DNA from: a virus
Virus record (IMG/VR): IMGVR_UViG_3300036770_004732
Span: 47,302-111,301 of that record
DNA: 64,000 bases
Strand: one strand, 5' to 3'
Positions 9,309 to 20,233 of this stretch are shown here, in pieces (within the stretch, counting starts at the first letter, position 1; the number at the start of each line of letters is the position of its first letter). The position numbers and the translations under genes are program-made. A model generated the notes under the pieces. It was given only the letters and a program-made list of their open reading frames with translations, did not search any database and was not told the DNA's origin.

Positions 9309-11165
9309 TTAGTTTGAGTTTGAAAATCCAGTGTTCCCAATTCTAGATGGACTAAAACCTGTTCCAGTAAGACTTACATCTTCAGTTGAAAATTCAATCC
9401 TAACAATTTGAGATTGGGAAGGTCCCATATTTACATAACCATAAAAACTACTTGATGATCCAGAAGCGGATGCCAAAGTTGTTGGCATATTTTTTCCTGG
9501 ATTACTAAGTGTTTCATTTGAAAAATCAAGTCTTCTAATTGTACTAAATGCGAATGGACCGGGAGGACCATTACTACCACCACAAAAATATCCATATAGA
9601 TTATTTTGAACAGTTGTAGCATAATCTACACCCCTTGGAGACCAAGGAAAAGTGAGAGAAACTACTTCATTAGAATAATTTATCTTTAGTTGCTCTGATG
9701 GGAAAAAAAATCCATTATCTCGTACAATGTATCCATAAGATTTAGTAGAAACAGAAGAAGAATTTAGTAAAGGTGCTGATAGATTTTTTCCTGGATTATT
9801 CAATGTTTCACTAGAAAAATCAAGTCTTGTAATTGTAGTATAAGTCGCAAACGCTGGAAAAGTAGGAGTACCTCCAGTTTTATATCCACCATAAAAATAT
9901 CCATAATTATTCGAGTTAACAGAACCAACCTGAAGTACTGAATTTAATAAATTTTGTCCAGAGTCATTTGAAATTTCATTTGAAAAATCAAATCTAGTAA
10001 TTACAGTTGTACCTGATGGAGGTGGGCTTCCTGCAAAATAGTTATAATTGTTTGAAGTAACTGTTGCAATCAAATATCTTCCTGCTGGTAAATTTTTTCC
10101 AGGATCACTTAACGTTTCATTTGAAAAATCAAGTCTTGAGATTGTACTAATAGAAGAGGGAACGCTTCCACCACCAGCATAATAACCATAAGTCTTAAAT
10201 CCATTATTGCGGTAAACTGATTCCCCCCCTGAAACTGATGCCATACTAGATCTTGCTGTTGGTAAATTCTTTCCCGGATTACTTACAGTTTCGTTAGAGA
10301 AATCAAGTCTTGTTATGGTATTAATATATGTTGGTGTTGGAGTAAGACCACCACCATAATAACCATAAAAACTATCTGAAGTTGCTACTAAACCACCTCT
10401 TGATGTTGGTAAATTATTTCCAGGATCACTTAATGTCTCATTTGAGAAATCAAGTCTTGATATTGTACTAAATGAAGATGCTCCTGATTCACCTCCACCA
10501 AAATATCCATAAGAATTACTTGACGTTGCTTCTAAATAACTTTTTGCTGTTGGTAAATTTTTTCCAGGATCACTTAACGTTTCGTTTGAAAAATCAAGTC
10601 TTGATATTGTACTAATAGAAGAGGGAACGCTTCCACCACCAAAGTAACCATAAGAATTACTTGACGTTGCTGCTAAACTACTTCTTGCTGTTGGTAAATT
10701 ATTTCCAGGATTACTTACAGTTTCATTAGAGAAATCAAGTCTTGAGATTGTATTAACAAAAGGGGGAAGAGTACCGCCACCATAATAACCATAAGAATTA
10801 CTTGACGTTGCTGCTAAATTTTGAACAGATGCTGGTAAATTATTTCCAAGATCACTTAAAGTTTCATTAGAGTAATCAAGTCTTGATATTGTACTAATAG
10901 AAGAGGGAACGCTTCCACCACCAAAGTAACCATAAAAACTAGTTGATACTGCTGACAAAAAACCTCTTGCAGTTGGTAAATTATTTCCAGGATCACTTAC
11001 ACTTTCATTAAAGAAATCAAGTCTTGATATTGTATTAATAATTCCCGGCAATCCGCCGCCACCATAATAACCATAAGCAGCACCCTCTGGCCAACTTTCA
11101 AAATTATTATCCGTTACATTTTGAATTTGTAATTCTTTGACTTCTTGTAGAGAGAATATTGCCAT
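9309..11165 (-). CDS. kelch-like tandem beta-propeller protein, paralogue 1
   Basis: About 12 repeats of YGYFGGG...ISRLDFSNET.S.PG.NLP..R. Confidence 0.85.
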   Translation of the reverse strand: MAIFSLQEVKELQIQNVTDNNFESWPEGAAYGYYGGGGLPGIINTISRLDFFNESVSDPGNNLPTARGFLSAVSTSFYGYFGGGSVPSSISTISRLDYSNETLSDLGNNLPASVQNLAATSSNSYGYYGGGTLPPFVNTISRLDFSNETVSNPGNNLPTARSSLAATSSNSYGYFGGGSVPSSISTISRLDFSNETLSDPGKNLPTAKSYLEATSSNSYGYFGGGESGASSFSTISRLDFSNETLSDPGNNLPTSRGGLVATSDSFYGYYGGGLTPTPTYINTITRLDFSNETVSNPGKNLPTARSSMASVSGGESVYRNNGFKTYGYYAGGGSVPSSISTISRLDFSNETLSDPGKNLPAGRYLIATVTSNNYNYFAGSPPPSGTTVITRFDFSNEISNDSGQNLLNSVLQVGSVNSNNYGYFYGGYKTGGTPTFPAFATYTTITRLDFSSETLNNPGKNLSAPLLNSSSVSTKSYGYIVRDNGFFFPSEQLKINYSNEVVSLTFPWSPRGVDYATTVQNNLYGYFCGGSNGPPGPFAFSTIRRLDFSNETLSNPGKNMPTTLASASGSSSSFYGYVNMGPSQSQIVRIEFSTEDVSLTGTGFSPSRIGNTGFSNSN

Positions 11166-11992
11166 CAGAGTCCAAAAATAGAATATCTTTGAGTTCCCCT
11201 TTTCCAGAACTCCATATGATTATATTTATTGATTACATATTCACTTAAGAACTTTGAATTATCACGATGTATTTTTTCTACTTTATCCCTTACCGTATGC
11301 ATATTTTCTAACTTATAAACCTCATCATTCTCATCAAATTTTGGTTTTATATTCTCAAAAGTATGAATAAATCTTGGAAGTTCTAAGAAGTCGTAGATTT
11401 TATTCAGTTCACCTTGCAGATTATTTACTAGATCATCATAATCAACTAATATCAAATACTTATCATTCCCTTTACGAAATGCTTCTGCGAGTGCATGATA
11501 AGATTGACCAATAATACCTTGAGGAGACATTAGGTAATCAGCACGATTATCATTACTAATTTCTATATTATTATTGATAAGTCCTTCATCAATAAATGAA
11601 GTTGTCTTGGAATGATAAATGAGATTTAAAAATGAAGATATAATGTCTTGTATGTCTCTGACTGGACAAATAATCTTTGGTTCTGGAGTGATGTAATCTT
11701 GAATATGCTGGATTTGGTTGACCCAACCTCTTGACTTATCAACAATAATATTTTGTGGAGTATTGAAGTAATAATTATGAGGTATAGATGATAATACTTT
11801 ATGAGCACATTCTGGTTTAGGATGTGCTTTGTATTGTTCGGAATTATATAAAAGATACTCTTCAGTATAATGGATTGTATCTAAAAGTGGTGAATTTGTA
11901 GATGCGTGTATTTCTGGATTTTGATTGAGTAGTGCTGTTAATAAAGTTGAACCTGATCTTGGAAGACCAGACATAAAATAAAATGTTTTCAT
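11165..11992 (-). CDS. sulfotransferase
   Basis: PAPS-binding loop SGLPRSGSTLL; DKSRGW and VRDIQDIISS motifs. Confidence 0.9.
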   Translation of the reverse strand: MKTFYFMSGLPRSGSTLLTALLNQNPEIHASTNSPLLDTIHYTEEYLLYNSEQYKAHPKPECAHKVLSSIPHNYYFNTPQNIIVDKSRGWVNQIQHIQDYITPEPKIICPVRDIQDIISSFLNLIYHSKTTSFIDEGLINNNIEISNDNRADYLMSPQGIIGQSYHALAEAFRKGNDKYLILVDYDDLVNNLQGELNKIYDFLELPRFIHTFENIKPKFDENDEVYKLENMHTVRDKVEKIHRDNSKFLSEYVINKYNHMEFWKRGTQRYSIFGL

Positions 11993-11995
11993 AAT

Positions 11996-12133
11996 TTAGT
12001 TTGAGTTTTCAAAATTTCCCATATTAGAAAACCATAATCTTATACATGTTGTTCTTAGTTCCTTTCCAAGATTAAATAAAACTTTTTCACTCACAAGTCC
12101 ATCATAACAAGGTAAATCAATTAATAAAGACAT
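11996..12133 (-). pseudogene. 45-codon chimeric relic (glycosyltransferase 5' end joined to a kelch-like 3' end)
   Basis: MSLLIDLPCYDGLVSEKVLFNLGKELR matches the start of 19559..20218; ends in NSN-stop like 9309..11165; upstream spacer identical to 20219-20240. Confidence 0.7.
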
Positions 12134-12148
12134 AAAAAATTAATTATA

Positions 12149-13144
12149 CTATGTTATATATTTACCTGACAGAATAACTGCTAAAACATCAGTGGCAGAT
12201 GCTTCGGCAACAATACTATCATTTACAGCAAGATATGCAGGTTTGCCTAGTATCTCAATAACGCCATTTTTTGGAACTGTAAGATTATAAACCAAATATC
12301 CTAATCTTACTCCCGTTGCTAATGATCCACGATAAATTGAAATGGAAGCATCAATGTCAGTATTTAAATTATAATTACAGATTTTAATGGATTGTAACAT
12401 AGCGGGATTTGTTGATGCTTGGAATATTTGAGTTCCCGATGCAGTAGTTACTGTTGTTCCTATTCCAACGTAATCCGTATCATCTTTTGTAGAGTATATA
12501 ATCCATGCATCAAGTCCTCCATCAATACCTGTTGCAGTAGATCCTGTTCCGGAAAGTGCTTGGAACCTTAAGACATCTGATGGATTTGCAATAATTGGTT
12601 GATCTAAAAACTGAATTGCTCCCTGATAAGGAACAATGACTCTTTGTGCCAAAGGTACTTTAGATCCACCATTAAAATCATGTCTTCCTACAAAATATAA
12701 TTCATTAGAGAATGAATTAGAAATATGAATTGATTCAATTATATATTTCTTATCTACAGTTGATGGAAATGAATATGCAATTCCAGGACCAACAAAAATA
12801 TCATTTGTTTGAGAAGTATTTACACCAACACCAGAAGTTACAGAAACATAAATGGATGTTGTAATACCAGTATCAAATGTTCCAGAACCACCACTCCCAC
12901 CACTAGCATCAATAGTTACACTACCAGTGGAATCAGATATAGTAATATTAGTTCCAGCAACAATAGAAGTTACAATACCAGTTAAGTTTGATCCAGAACC
13001 ACTGAATGATGATGCAGTAATAGTTCCATTAACATCAAGTGTTGAAGTTGGTGATGTAGAGTTAATTCCAATCCTATCATTATTAATATCAACACTTATA
13101 ATATTTTCTGATGATAAATTACCAGTATTTCTAGGCCTTCCCAT
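12149..13144 (-). CDS. virion structural / fibre-associated protein, paralogue A
   Basis: RIGINSTSPTSTLDVNG tail-fibre motif; Ser/Thr/Gly-rich; near-duplicate of 20234..21154. Confidence 0.7.
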   Translation of the reverse strand: MGRPRNTGNLSSENIISVDINNDRIGINSTSPTSTLDVNGTITASSFSGSGSNLTGIVTSIVAGTNITISDSTGSVTIDASGGSGGSGTFDTGITTSIYVSVTSGVGVNTSQTNDIFVGPGIAYSFPSTVDKKYIIESIHISNSFSNELYFVGRHDFNGGSKVPLAQRVIVPYQGAIQFLDQPIIANPSDVLRFQALSGTGSTATGIDGGLDAWIIYSTKDDTDYVGIGTTVTTASGTQIFQASTNPAMLQSIKICNYNLNTDIDASISIYRGSLATGVRLGYLVYNLTVPKNGVIEILGKPAYLAVNDSIVAEASATDVLAVILSGKYIT

Positions 13145-13206
13145 AATTTATGTTTTATACGTATTTAGATTAAACATCATCAACACAAGTTAAAAGATTT
13201 CATGAT

Positions 13207-15105
13207 TTAGTTTGTAACTCCGTGATCAGAAGTAATAGCTACAGGTACATTATTTCCACTATCAGTTGTAACTTCAGTAGAAAAATTTAATCTAAGTATA
13301 TTACTTGATGTTGTTGGTATAGATCCACCAACAATATATCCATAATAATCACTCGATAATGAAGCTGCAGATGAGGTAGTAACTGGTAGATTATTCGCTG
13401 GATTACTAACAGTTTCTGTAGAAAATGGAAATTTATATACCGTGTTAATATATGGAAAAGAACCTCCACATATGTATCCTTCAGAATTATTCTGAACCGC
13501 TGCGCGACCATCACATGTTGTTGGTGATACTGTACCAATTACTGAAGTAGTTTCACTTATAAAATCAAGTCTAGTTATAGTTGTAAACCAATCATCTGCT
13601 GGAGGATCATAATAATATCCACCCATAAAATAACCATATGAATTAGTAGAAAAATTTTGTCTATATCTACCTTTAAAAGGTAAATTTTTTCCAGTATCGG
13701 TTATAACTTCATTAGAAAAATCCATTCTGGTTATGTCGCTATATTCTTCGAAAGGAGGATATTGCCCACCGCAAAAATAACCATAGTTATTGTTCATGAC
13801 ATTTTGAGATGGAAAATATGCAATACCTAATAAACGTTTTTGGGAATCAGTCGCAGTTTCGTTAGAGAAATCAAATCTTACTATTGTAGAAATAGTGGAT
13901 GGTGTGGGAGTACCCCCACCAGTAAAATATCCATAATTATTATTAAATACAAATCCACATGTATTTGCACTTGCTGGATTAGTTGCACTTATAAGTTGAG
14001 AAGATTCACTAGATAAATCAAGTCTAATGTAAGATGTTCTCGTTTGTATGTATCCATAAGTCCTAAATCCTTTAGAACGATAAGTTGATGTTCCACCAGA
14101 GAATGCTGCTGTTCCTGATCTAATTGTCGGTAAATTATTTCCCGGATCACTTATAGTTTCAGTATTCAAATCAAGTTTAGTAATTGTATTAATTGGCGTA
14201 TTTGAAGAATTTCTACCTCCACAATAATACCCAAAAGAATTACTTGGAGTTCCAGACACTCCATCTCTTGCTGTTGGTAAATCATTTCCTGGACTACTTA
14301 CAGTTTCGCTGGAAAAATCAAGTCTTTCTATTCTACAATAATAAGTTCCAGAAGGTGTTCCTGGGGGTGGATATGTAAATCCTCCACCAAAATATCCATA
14401 AGAATTATTGGAAGTGGAAGCAAATCCATTTTTTGCCTCTAGCAAATTATTTCCAGGATCACCTATGGTTTCATTAGAAAAATCAAGTCGTGTTATTACA
14501 TTTAAAGATCCAAAAGGAGATGATGGATCACCGCCACCACCAAAATATCCATAAGAAATAGATTGGATACCACATGATCTAAATCTTCCCGAAGGTAAAT
14601 TATTTCCCGGATCACTTACGGTTTCATTGGAGAAATCTAATCTAGATACTGTATTAGTGGTTGGAGCCGGTGGAGTATCACTACCACTGGATAAGTATCC
14701 ATAAGAATTATTCGAAACTGTCGTCAAATTAAACTTTGATATCGGCAAATTATTTCCTGGATTGCTTACAGTTTCATTCGCAAAATCAAGTCTTGATATT
14801 GTATTGAAAAAAACAGATGGGGGAGTTGGAGCAAGTCCACCAATAATATAACCATATAAATTATTTGAAGTTGCTGCAATCCGCTCCTTTCCTTCAAGTA
14901 AATTATTTCCTGGATTATTTACCGTCTCATTGAAAAAATCAATTCTTGATATTGTATTGTAATCAATATTGGGTGGAGCAAATCCACCAATAATATAACC
15001 ATAAGTAGCACCTTCTGGCCAACTTTCAAAGTTGTTATCATCTACATTTTTTACTTGCCCATCATAAACAGAATTTAATCCAAATACAGATCCGACTACT
15101 GCCAT
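13207..15105 (-). CDS. kelch-like tandem beta-propeller protein, paralogue 2
   Basis: Same repeat as paralogue 1; shared N-terminal NNFESWPE motif. Confidence 0.85.
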   Translation of the reverse strand: MAVVGSVFGLNSVYDGQVKNVDDNNFESWPEGATYGYIIGGFAPPNIDYNTISRIDFFNETVNNPGNNLLEGKERIAATSNNLYGYIIGGLAPTPPSVFFNTISRLDFANETVSNPGNNLPISKFNLTTVSNNSYGYLSSGSDTPPAPTTNTVSRLDFSNETVSDPGNNLPSGRFRSCGIQSISYGYFGGGGDPSSPFGSLNVITRLDFSNETIGDPGNNLLEAKNGFASTSNNSYGYFGGGFTYPPPGTPSGTYYCRIERLDFSSETVSSPGNDLPTARDGVSGTPSNSFGYYCGGRNSSNTPINTITKLDLNTETISDPGNNLPTIRSGTAAFSGGTSTYRSKGFRTYGYIQTRTSYIRLDLSSESSQLISATNPASANTCGFVFNNNYGYFTGGGTPTPSTISTIVRFDFSNETATDSQKRLLGIAYFPSQNVMNNNYGYFCGGQYPPFEEYSDITRMDFSNEVITDTGKNLPFKGRYRQNFSTNSYGYFMGGYYYDPPADDWFTTITRLDFISETTSVIGTVSPTTCDGRAAVQNNSEGYICGGSFPYINTVYKFPFSTETVSNPANNLPVTTSSAASLSSDYYGYIVGGSIPTTSSNILRLNFSTEVTTDSGNNVPVAITSDHGVTN

Positions 15106-15111
15106 TGATTT

Positions 15112-15951
15112 TTACTCTATTTTAAGATCTTGATTAAATAATGATTGTGGAATTTGCTTTTGTTCTTGCTCTTCAACACCGCGAATAAGTTGTTGATCCA
15201 TTCCGGTAATTTCTTCAATGCCTGCAGAAACTGCTTGCTGAAGACTATTCAAAAAGTCCATAGGATTATTTGGATCACCAAAACTACCTTTGATACGATT
15301 GGCATCATCAGTCAATACTGTAGGGGCACTTGCACGCCTCATAGAACGAATATTTCCAGCATTCACACCAGTTCTCGCAGCAAGCAAATCATCAAGTGAC
15401 TGATTAGCGAGTCTACGTTCCCAGTAGTTTGGTTGATCTTCATTATATTGTTCTCTTGAAACTAATTTACCACCATTTAATTCAATCAAACGATTAATTA
15501 ATTTATCAAAACATTGAAGTTCTTCTACTGCTGCTTTAAATCCACGATTTAATCCTTCAAGCATACGATGAAAATGAAACTCATCGATATCATACCAACA
15601 TAGTTGTTCACCACCTTCACGAGTTTTCCACCAAATTGGTTGAGTCTTATCCTTTCCTTCCCACTTATAATTAAACTCTCTTGCTGCTCTCTTTGCTTCA
15701 ATGACTTGTTGTAAAAGACCTTCTGCTACACTTCTACGATTGATAAGTGCTGCCTTAAATGCTGATGGAATTGTAAAGTTGTCATGAATAATAAACTTTT
15801 CAATTTGGAAATCTGAACGACCTTGTGCAAGTTCAGTCTCACTTTCTTCCCAACGAGTTGCCTCTTGAAGAACCTTAAGCATAAATTCATTATTATCATC
15901 TAAAACTTCTTTAGATGTTGCAAGTGCAATTGCTTCATAATTGTTAGACAT
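15112..15951 (-). CDS. helical hypothetical protein
   Basis: 279-aa ORF in the operon; GRSDFQIEKF and YWERRL motifs. Confidence 0.75.
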   Translation of the reverse strand: MSNNYEAIALATSKEVLDDNNEFMLKVLQEATRWEESETELAQGRSDFQIEKFIIHDNFTIPSAFKAALINRRSVAEGLLQQVIEAKRAAREFNYKWEGKDKTQPIWWKTREGGEQLCWYDIDEFHFHRMLEGLNRGFKAAVEELQCFDKLINRLIELNGGKLVSREQYNEDQPNYWERRLANQSLDDLLAARTGVNAGNIRSMRRASAPTVLTDDANRIKGSFGDPNNPMDFLNSLQQAVSAGIEEITGMDQQLIRGVEEQEQKQIPQSLFNQDLKIE

Positions 15952-15984
15952 ACTTATCCAATTAAATTAATAGTGTTGTTTTAT

Positions 15985-17691
15985 TTATAGTGCAAATCTT
16001 TGAGTAACGGCAAGAGATAATCTTCTATCAGCAACTTCTTTTCCCCACTTTTTACAGAAGTGACGATACAATTGTTCCGTTCTTGAGTCTTTTTCTTCTT
16101 TAGTTTCATTATCTAAAGTTCTATGAGAAAAATGAAGTAAATATGATTGATGATTGAACTTGGTTTCAAATCCAAGTTGTTCTGCTCTAAGTCCATAATC
16201 TATATCTTCTCCACCACCTTTTCCAAATTCCTCATCAAATAATCCAACCTTTGAACTGACTTCATGAGGAATATAAAAACAATAGAATGCTTTGATTAAG
16301 TTTGGTGCCACATTCTGGGGTTGTGTTGTAATTTGAGAAGCAATTTGATTGAGTGATTCTTCTTTACCAACAAATTCTTCAAGTTCCATTTCACCTTTTA
16401 TCCAATCACCTTGTAAGTGTTGGTTACATAAAGGAATAGAAACTGAATTTGAATCACCTAAATTTTGATTCCAGTTTTTTGTAAAAACAATATCATTATT
16501 CAGTCCAACAAAATCAGCACCATCCATAATTGCTTGCTTAAGAATGAAATTCATATTCTCAGCAAAAGACTTTGGCAAAACATTTGAGACTACTGTAATA
16601 TTTTCATAGTCCTTAGTAAATGATTTATCATTATCAATCAAGAAAAACTTATCTTGTTTTTTAAAAATACTATTTCTAAAAAATGTGTCTAGTGCAAGAT
16701 GTGTATATTTTTGAGAACACTTCATATCCACCATACAATAATATCTCGGTCTTTCTTGATCTTCTTTTGAAAGACCTTGTATTAAATTTTCCCAAACTAC
16801 TGCAATCCTTTTCCAATCATAAGTTTCTTTTGTGATTTGAGAAAGTTCTTTTGTTGCAGCATAAAATGTCTGAGGTTCTTTATCGAAGAAATCAAAACAT
16901 CTTGATAACTCTTGTGCAAATTCATTCACAAATTTTGGAGATGGTTCCCAACCAACTGGAGTATTTTTTCCAATCATAGGAATATACTTACCACGATTGA
17001 ATGAGACCTCTCTCAGTGCCCCTATATCGCTTGTAATTGGGTAGCATCCACATACCATTGCCTCTGCCATAGATACGCAGAATGTCTCCTCCCAGACGTT
17101 AGGATGCACAAAGAAAGCAGCATCTTGAATATGAGGAAAAAGTTGTTCTCGGTCAATACAAGGAGAATATTCCACACCAGGAAGAGACTTGAGTTCTTCA
17201 ATTGCCTCCAAGTGTTCTGGTATTTTGAAGTGTTGTTCATATTCTTCTCCGTAAAGATTATGAGAAGAAAATACTTTTAACTTTGCATCTGGATGATTTT
17301 TAATGACTTGTTTCCAGATTTTTGGAAGTGGTACAATGCCCTTATGGGGTCCAGAAAAGTAAATTGCTGTCTTGGATTTTGGTGATTTAGGATGAAAAAT
17401 ATCCGCAACACCATTCGGAATGACTACAATCTTCTCTGCAGGTGCTCGGTTGTATTTGATATATTGTTCTGCTTCCCAGTTTGATACACAGACAATTAAA
17501 TCAATCTGCGATACAAGTTCGGGGAGTCTTAAGAGTTGTGGTTGATCGCAATTGTCATGTGCCCACAGAATTTTATATTTCTTATTTGATTGTGCAAGTA
17601 CTTCTATACTTCTTGAAACTTCAACATTATTTGGAAAAGAATAATATTGATTGAGATAATAAAAAGAACTTTCAGTTGCTCCAGATTTCAT
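15985..17691 (-). CDS. bifunctional glycosyltransferase (GT4 + GT2)
   Basis: ETFCVSMAEAM..G...SDIGALRE (GT4); LNND and VGLFDEEF.GGGEDIDY (GT2). Confidence 0.88.
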   Translation of the reverse strand: MKSGATESSFYYLNQYYSFPNNVEVSRSIEVLAQSNKKYKILWAHDNCDQPQLLRLPELVSQIDLIVCVSNWEAEQYIKYNRAPAEKIVVIPNGVADIFHPKSPKSKTAIYFSGPHKGIVPLPKIWKQVIKNHPDAKLKVFSSHNLYGEEYEQHFKIPEHLEAIEELKSLPGVEYSPCIDREQLFPHIQDAAFFVHPNVWEETFCVSMAEAMVCGCYPITSDIGALREVSFNRGKYIPMIGKNTPVGWEPSPKFVNEFAQELSRCFDFFDKEPQTFYAATKELSQITKETYDWKRIAVVWENLIQGLSKEDQERPRYYCMVDMKCSQKYTHLALDTFFRNSIFKKQDKFFLIDNDKSFTKDYENITVVSNVLPKSFAENMNFILKQAIMDGADFVGLNNDIVFTKNWNQNLGDSNSVSIPLCNQHLQGDWIKGEMELEEFVGKEESLNQIASQITTQPQNVAPNLIKAFYCFYIPHEVSSKVGLFDEEFGKGGGEDIDYGLRAEQLGFETKFNHQSYLLHFSHRTLDNETKEEKDSRTEQLYRHFCKKWGKEVADRRLSLAVTQRFAL

Positions 17692-17715
17692 ATCAAAATG
17701 ATGTAGATGATTTAT

Positions 17716-19554
17716 TTAGTTTGAAAACCCAGAGGCCTCCAGTATCGTTTCGGTAAAATTTGTTGTAAGATTTAAATTATCAGTTGAAAAATCAATCCTA
17801 CTCATTTGAGTTGCTAACCCGGGATTTATGTATCCATAAAAACTACTTGATGATGCTGATGAAATTGATGTGGTTGTTGGTAAATTATTTCCCGGATTAC
17901 TAAAAGTTTCACTGGAGAAATCAAGTCTTGAAATTGTATTATATGCTAATGGACCGGGAGGACCATTACTACCACCACAAAAATATCCATATAAATTATT
18001 TTGAACTGTCGATGCACTATCTTTTCCGCGCGGCGACCAAAATCCAGTCAAGGAAATCACTTCAGTTGAAAAATTTATCTTTAGTTGCTGTGATGGCAAA
18101 AAAAGTCCATTATCTCGCCCAATGTATCCATAAAGTTTGGTAGAAACTCCAGAACCACCTATTGCGGCAGATGGAGTATTTTTTCCCGGATTGCTTGAAG
18201 TTTCATTTGAAAAATCAAGTCTCATAACTGTATTAGACGAGGTAAATGGTGGGGATGTAGGAGATCCACCAAAAAAATACCCATAATTGCAAGACTCAGT
18301 AGATCCACCAGGATTGAGACTCAATGATAAATTTTTTCCAGGATTGCTTGAAGTTTCATTTGAAAAATCAAGTCTAGTAATTGTATTTGTGGCTGGCGAA
18401 TTGCCCCCAAAATAACTATAATTGTTATTAGTAACTGTATTTGATTTATATCTTGGTGAGGTTAAATTTTTTGCAGGTGAACTCAATAATTCTGTAGAAA
18501 AATCTAATCTTGTGACTGTACTACTATTTCCTGGAATAGATGGTCTAAGTCCTCCAGCAAAATATCCATAAGTCTTAAATCCTTTGGCACGATAGAATGA
18601 TGTTCCACCAGATACTGCCGATAACCCAGATCTTGCCGTTGGTAAATTATTTCCTGGATCACTTACTGTTTCATTGGAAAAATCAAGTCTTGATATGGTG
18701 TTAATAAATGGTGGAGAATAACCACCACCAAAATAACCATAAGAATCACTTGAAGTTGCCGATAATCCAGATCTTGTCGTTGGAAAATTATTTCCTGGAT
18801 CACTTACTGTTTCATTGGAAAAATCAAGTCTTGTTATGGTGGTAGCAATAGGTGGTGAACCTGGAGGAGAATAACCGCCACCAAAATAACCATATGAGTT
18901 ATTTGATGTTCCCTTCAAATTAGATCTTTCTGTTGGTAAATTATTTCCAGGATTACTTACGGTTTCATTTGAAAAATCAAGTCTTGATATTATACTAAGA
19001 CCGGTTCCACCACCATAATATCCATAAGAATTACTGGATAGACTTCCTAATAAAGTTCTTGCCGTTGGTAAATTATTTCCAGGATCACTTACGGTTTCAT
19101 TGGAAAGATCAAGTCTTGTGATGGTGCTAATACTTGTTGGAGTATCACCACCACCAAAATAACCATAAGAATCACTTGAAGTTACTCCCATCGAAGATCT
19201 TGCCGTTGGTAAATTATTTCCAGGATCACTTACGGTTTCATTGGAAAGATCAAGTCTTGTTATGGTACTAATATATGTTGGAATAAGACCACCACCAAAA
19301 TAACCATAAAAATTATTTGATGTTCCTTCAAAACCAGATCTTCCTGTTGGTAAATTATTTCCAGGATTACTTATAGTTTCATTTGAAAAATCAAGTCTTG
19401 TTATGGTATTGAGATACGTTGCTGGTGGAGAACTAAATCCTCCACCATAATATCCATAAGTAGCACTTTCTGGCCAACTTTCAAAATTATTATCAGTTAC
19501 GTTTTGAACTTGCTTCTTATAAACTTTGAGAAGACCAAAGACTCCAGATGTCAT
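17716..19554 (-). CDS. kelch-like tandem beta-propeller protein, paralogue 3
   Basis: Same repeat and N-terminus as paralogues 1 and 2. Confidence 0.85.
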   Translation of the reverse strand: MTSGVFGLLKVYKKQVQNVTDNNFESWPESATYGYYGGGFSSPPATYLNTITRLDFSNETISNPGNNLPTGRSGFEGTSNNFYGYFGGGLIPTYISTITRLDLSNETVSDPGNNLPTARSSMGVTSSDSYGYFGGGDTPTSISTITRLDLSNETVSDPGNNLPTARTLLGSLSSNSYGYYGGGTGLSIISRLDFSNETVSNPGNNLPTERSNLKGTSNNSYGYFGGGYSPPGSPPIATTITRLDFSNETVSDPGNNFPTTRSGLSATSSDSYGYFGGGYSPPFINTISRLDFSNETVSDPGNNLPTARSGLSAVSGGTSFYRAKGFKTYGYFAGGLRPSIPGNSSTVTRLDFSTELLSSPAKNLTSPRYKSNTVTNNNYSYFGGNSPATNTITRLDFSNETSSNPGKNLSLSLNPGGSTESCNYGYFFGGSPTSPPFTSSNTVMRLDFSNETSSNPGKNTPSAAIGGSGVSTKLYGYIGRDNGLFLPSQQLKINFSTEVISLTGFWSPRGKDSASTVQNNLYGYFCGGSNGPPGPLAYNTISRLDFSSETFSNPGNNLPTTTSISSASSSSFYGYINPGLATQMSRIDFSTDNLNLTTNFTETILEASGFSN

Positions 19555-19558
19555 TTAC

Positions 19559-20218
19559 TTATCCTTCCTGAAATACGTGTGATCCCACATGTGCAAGTCT
19601 AATATTAGTATTTAACCAAGCAATATATCCAACACTCTTTGCTCGTTCAAAAAATGAAAAATCTTCTGGCAAATAACTCATATCTTTTTTAAGTTCTAGA
19701 AAATAATGATACGAGTTATGATATTCTTTTTCTGTCGGTGGATAATTACTATTATTAGTTGGGGGATAATATTTTAGTTCTTCACCATATCTTTTTGAAA
19801 TATCTTCAAATACTTTTCTTTTAATCATTGCAAAACCAAAACCAATATTTTCAATTTTTATCAATTCTCCATCTACAACTTCTGGTTTTGAAATGTTGTA
19901 ATTATATCTTAACGGAATAGATTTCATTGGATATGCGCCACAAACAATATCTTTATCACGCTTTAAAAGACTGAAAACATCTTCTGGAGTGAATCCAACA
20001 TCAGAATCAATGAATAAAATTCTTTCATACTCAGTATTGTTCATAAAGAAATTAACCATCTTAGAACGGCCCTGTGTAATCAGACTTTCATTTGCCATCA
20101 TCAACAAACCGTGATCTATACCTGCTGATCTTAGTTCCTTTCCAAGATTAAACAAACCTTTTGCAGTTTTATCACTTACGATTCCACCGTAGCAAGGCAA
20201 TGCAATTAATAAAGACAT
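19559..20218 (-). CDS. GT-A fold glycosyltransferase
   Basis: ESLITQGR, LFIDSD, GFGFAMI, EDFSF and HVG motifs. Confidence 0.8.
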   Translation of the reverse strand: MSLLIALPCYGGIVSDKTAKGLFNLGKELRSAGIDHGLLMMANESLITQGRSKMVNFFMNNTEYERILFIDSDVGFTPEDVFSLLKRDKDIVCGAYPMKSIPLRYNYNISKPEVVDGELIKIENIGFGFAMIKRKVFEDISKRYGEELKYYPPTNNSNYPPTEKEYHNSYHYFLELKKDMSYLPEDFSFFERAKSVGYIAWLNTNIRLAHVGSHVFQEG

Positions 20219-20233
20219 AAAAAATTAATTATA

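Noticed and set aside
9309-19554. Kelch paralogues as a diversity-generating retroelement
   Set aside because: No reverse transcriptase in the window and no TR/VR pair with adenine-only differences was evident
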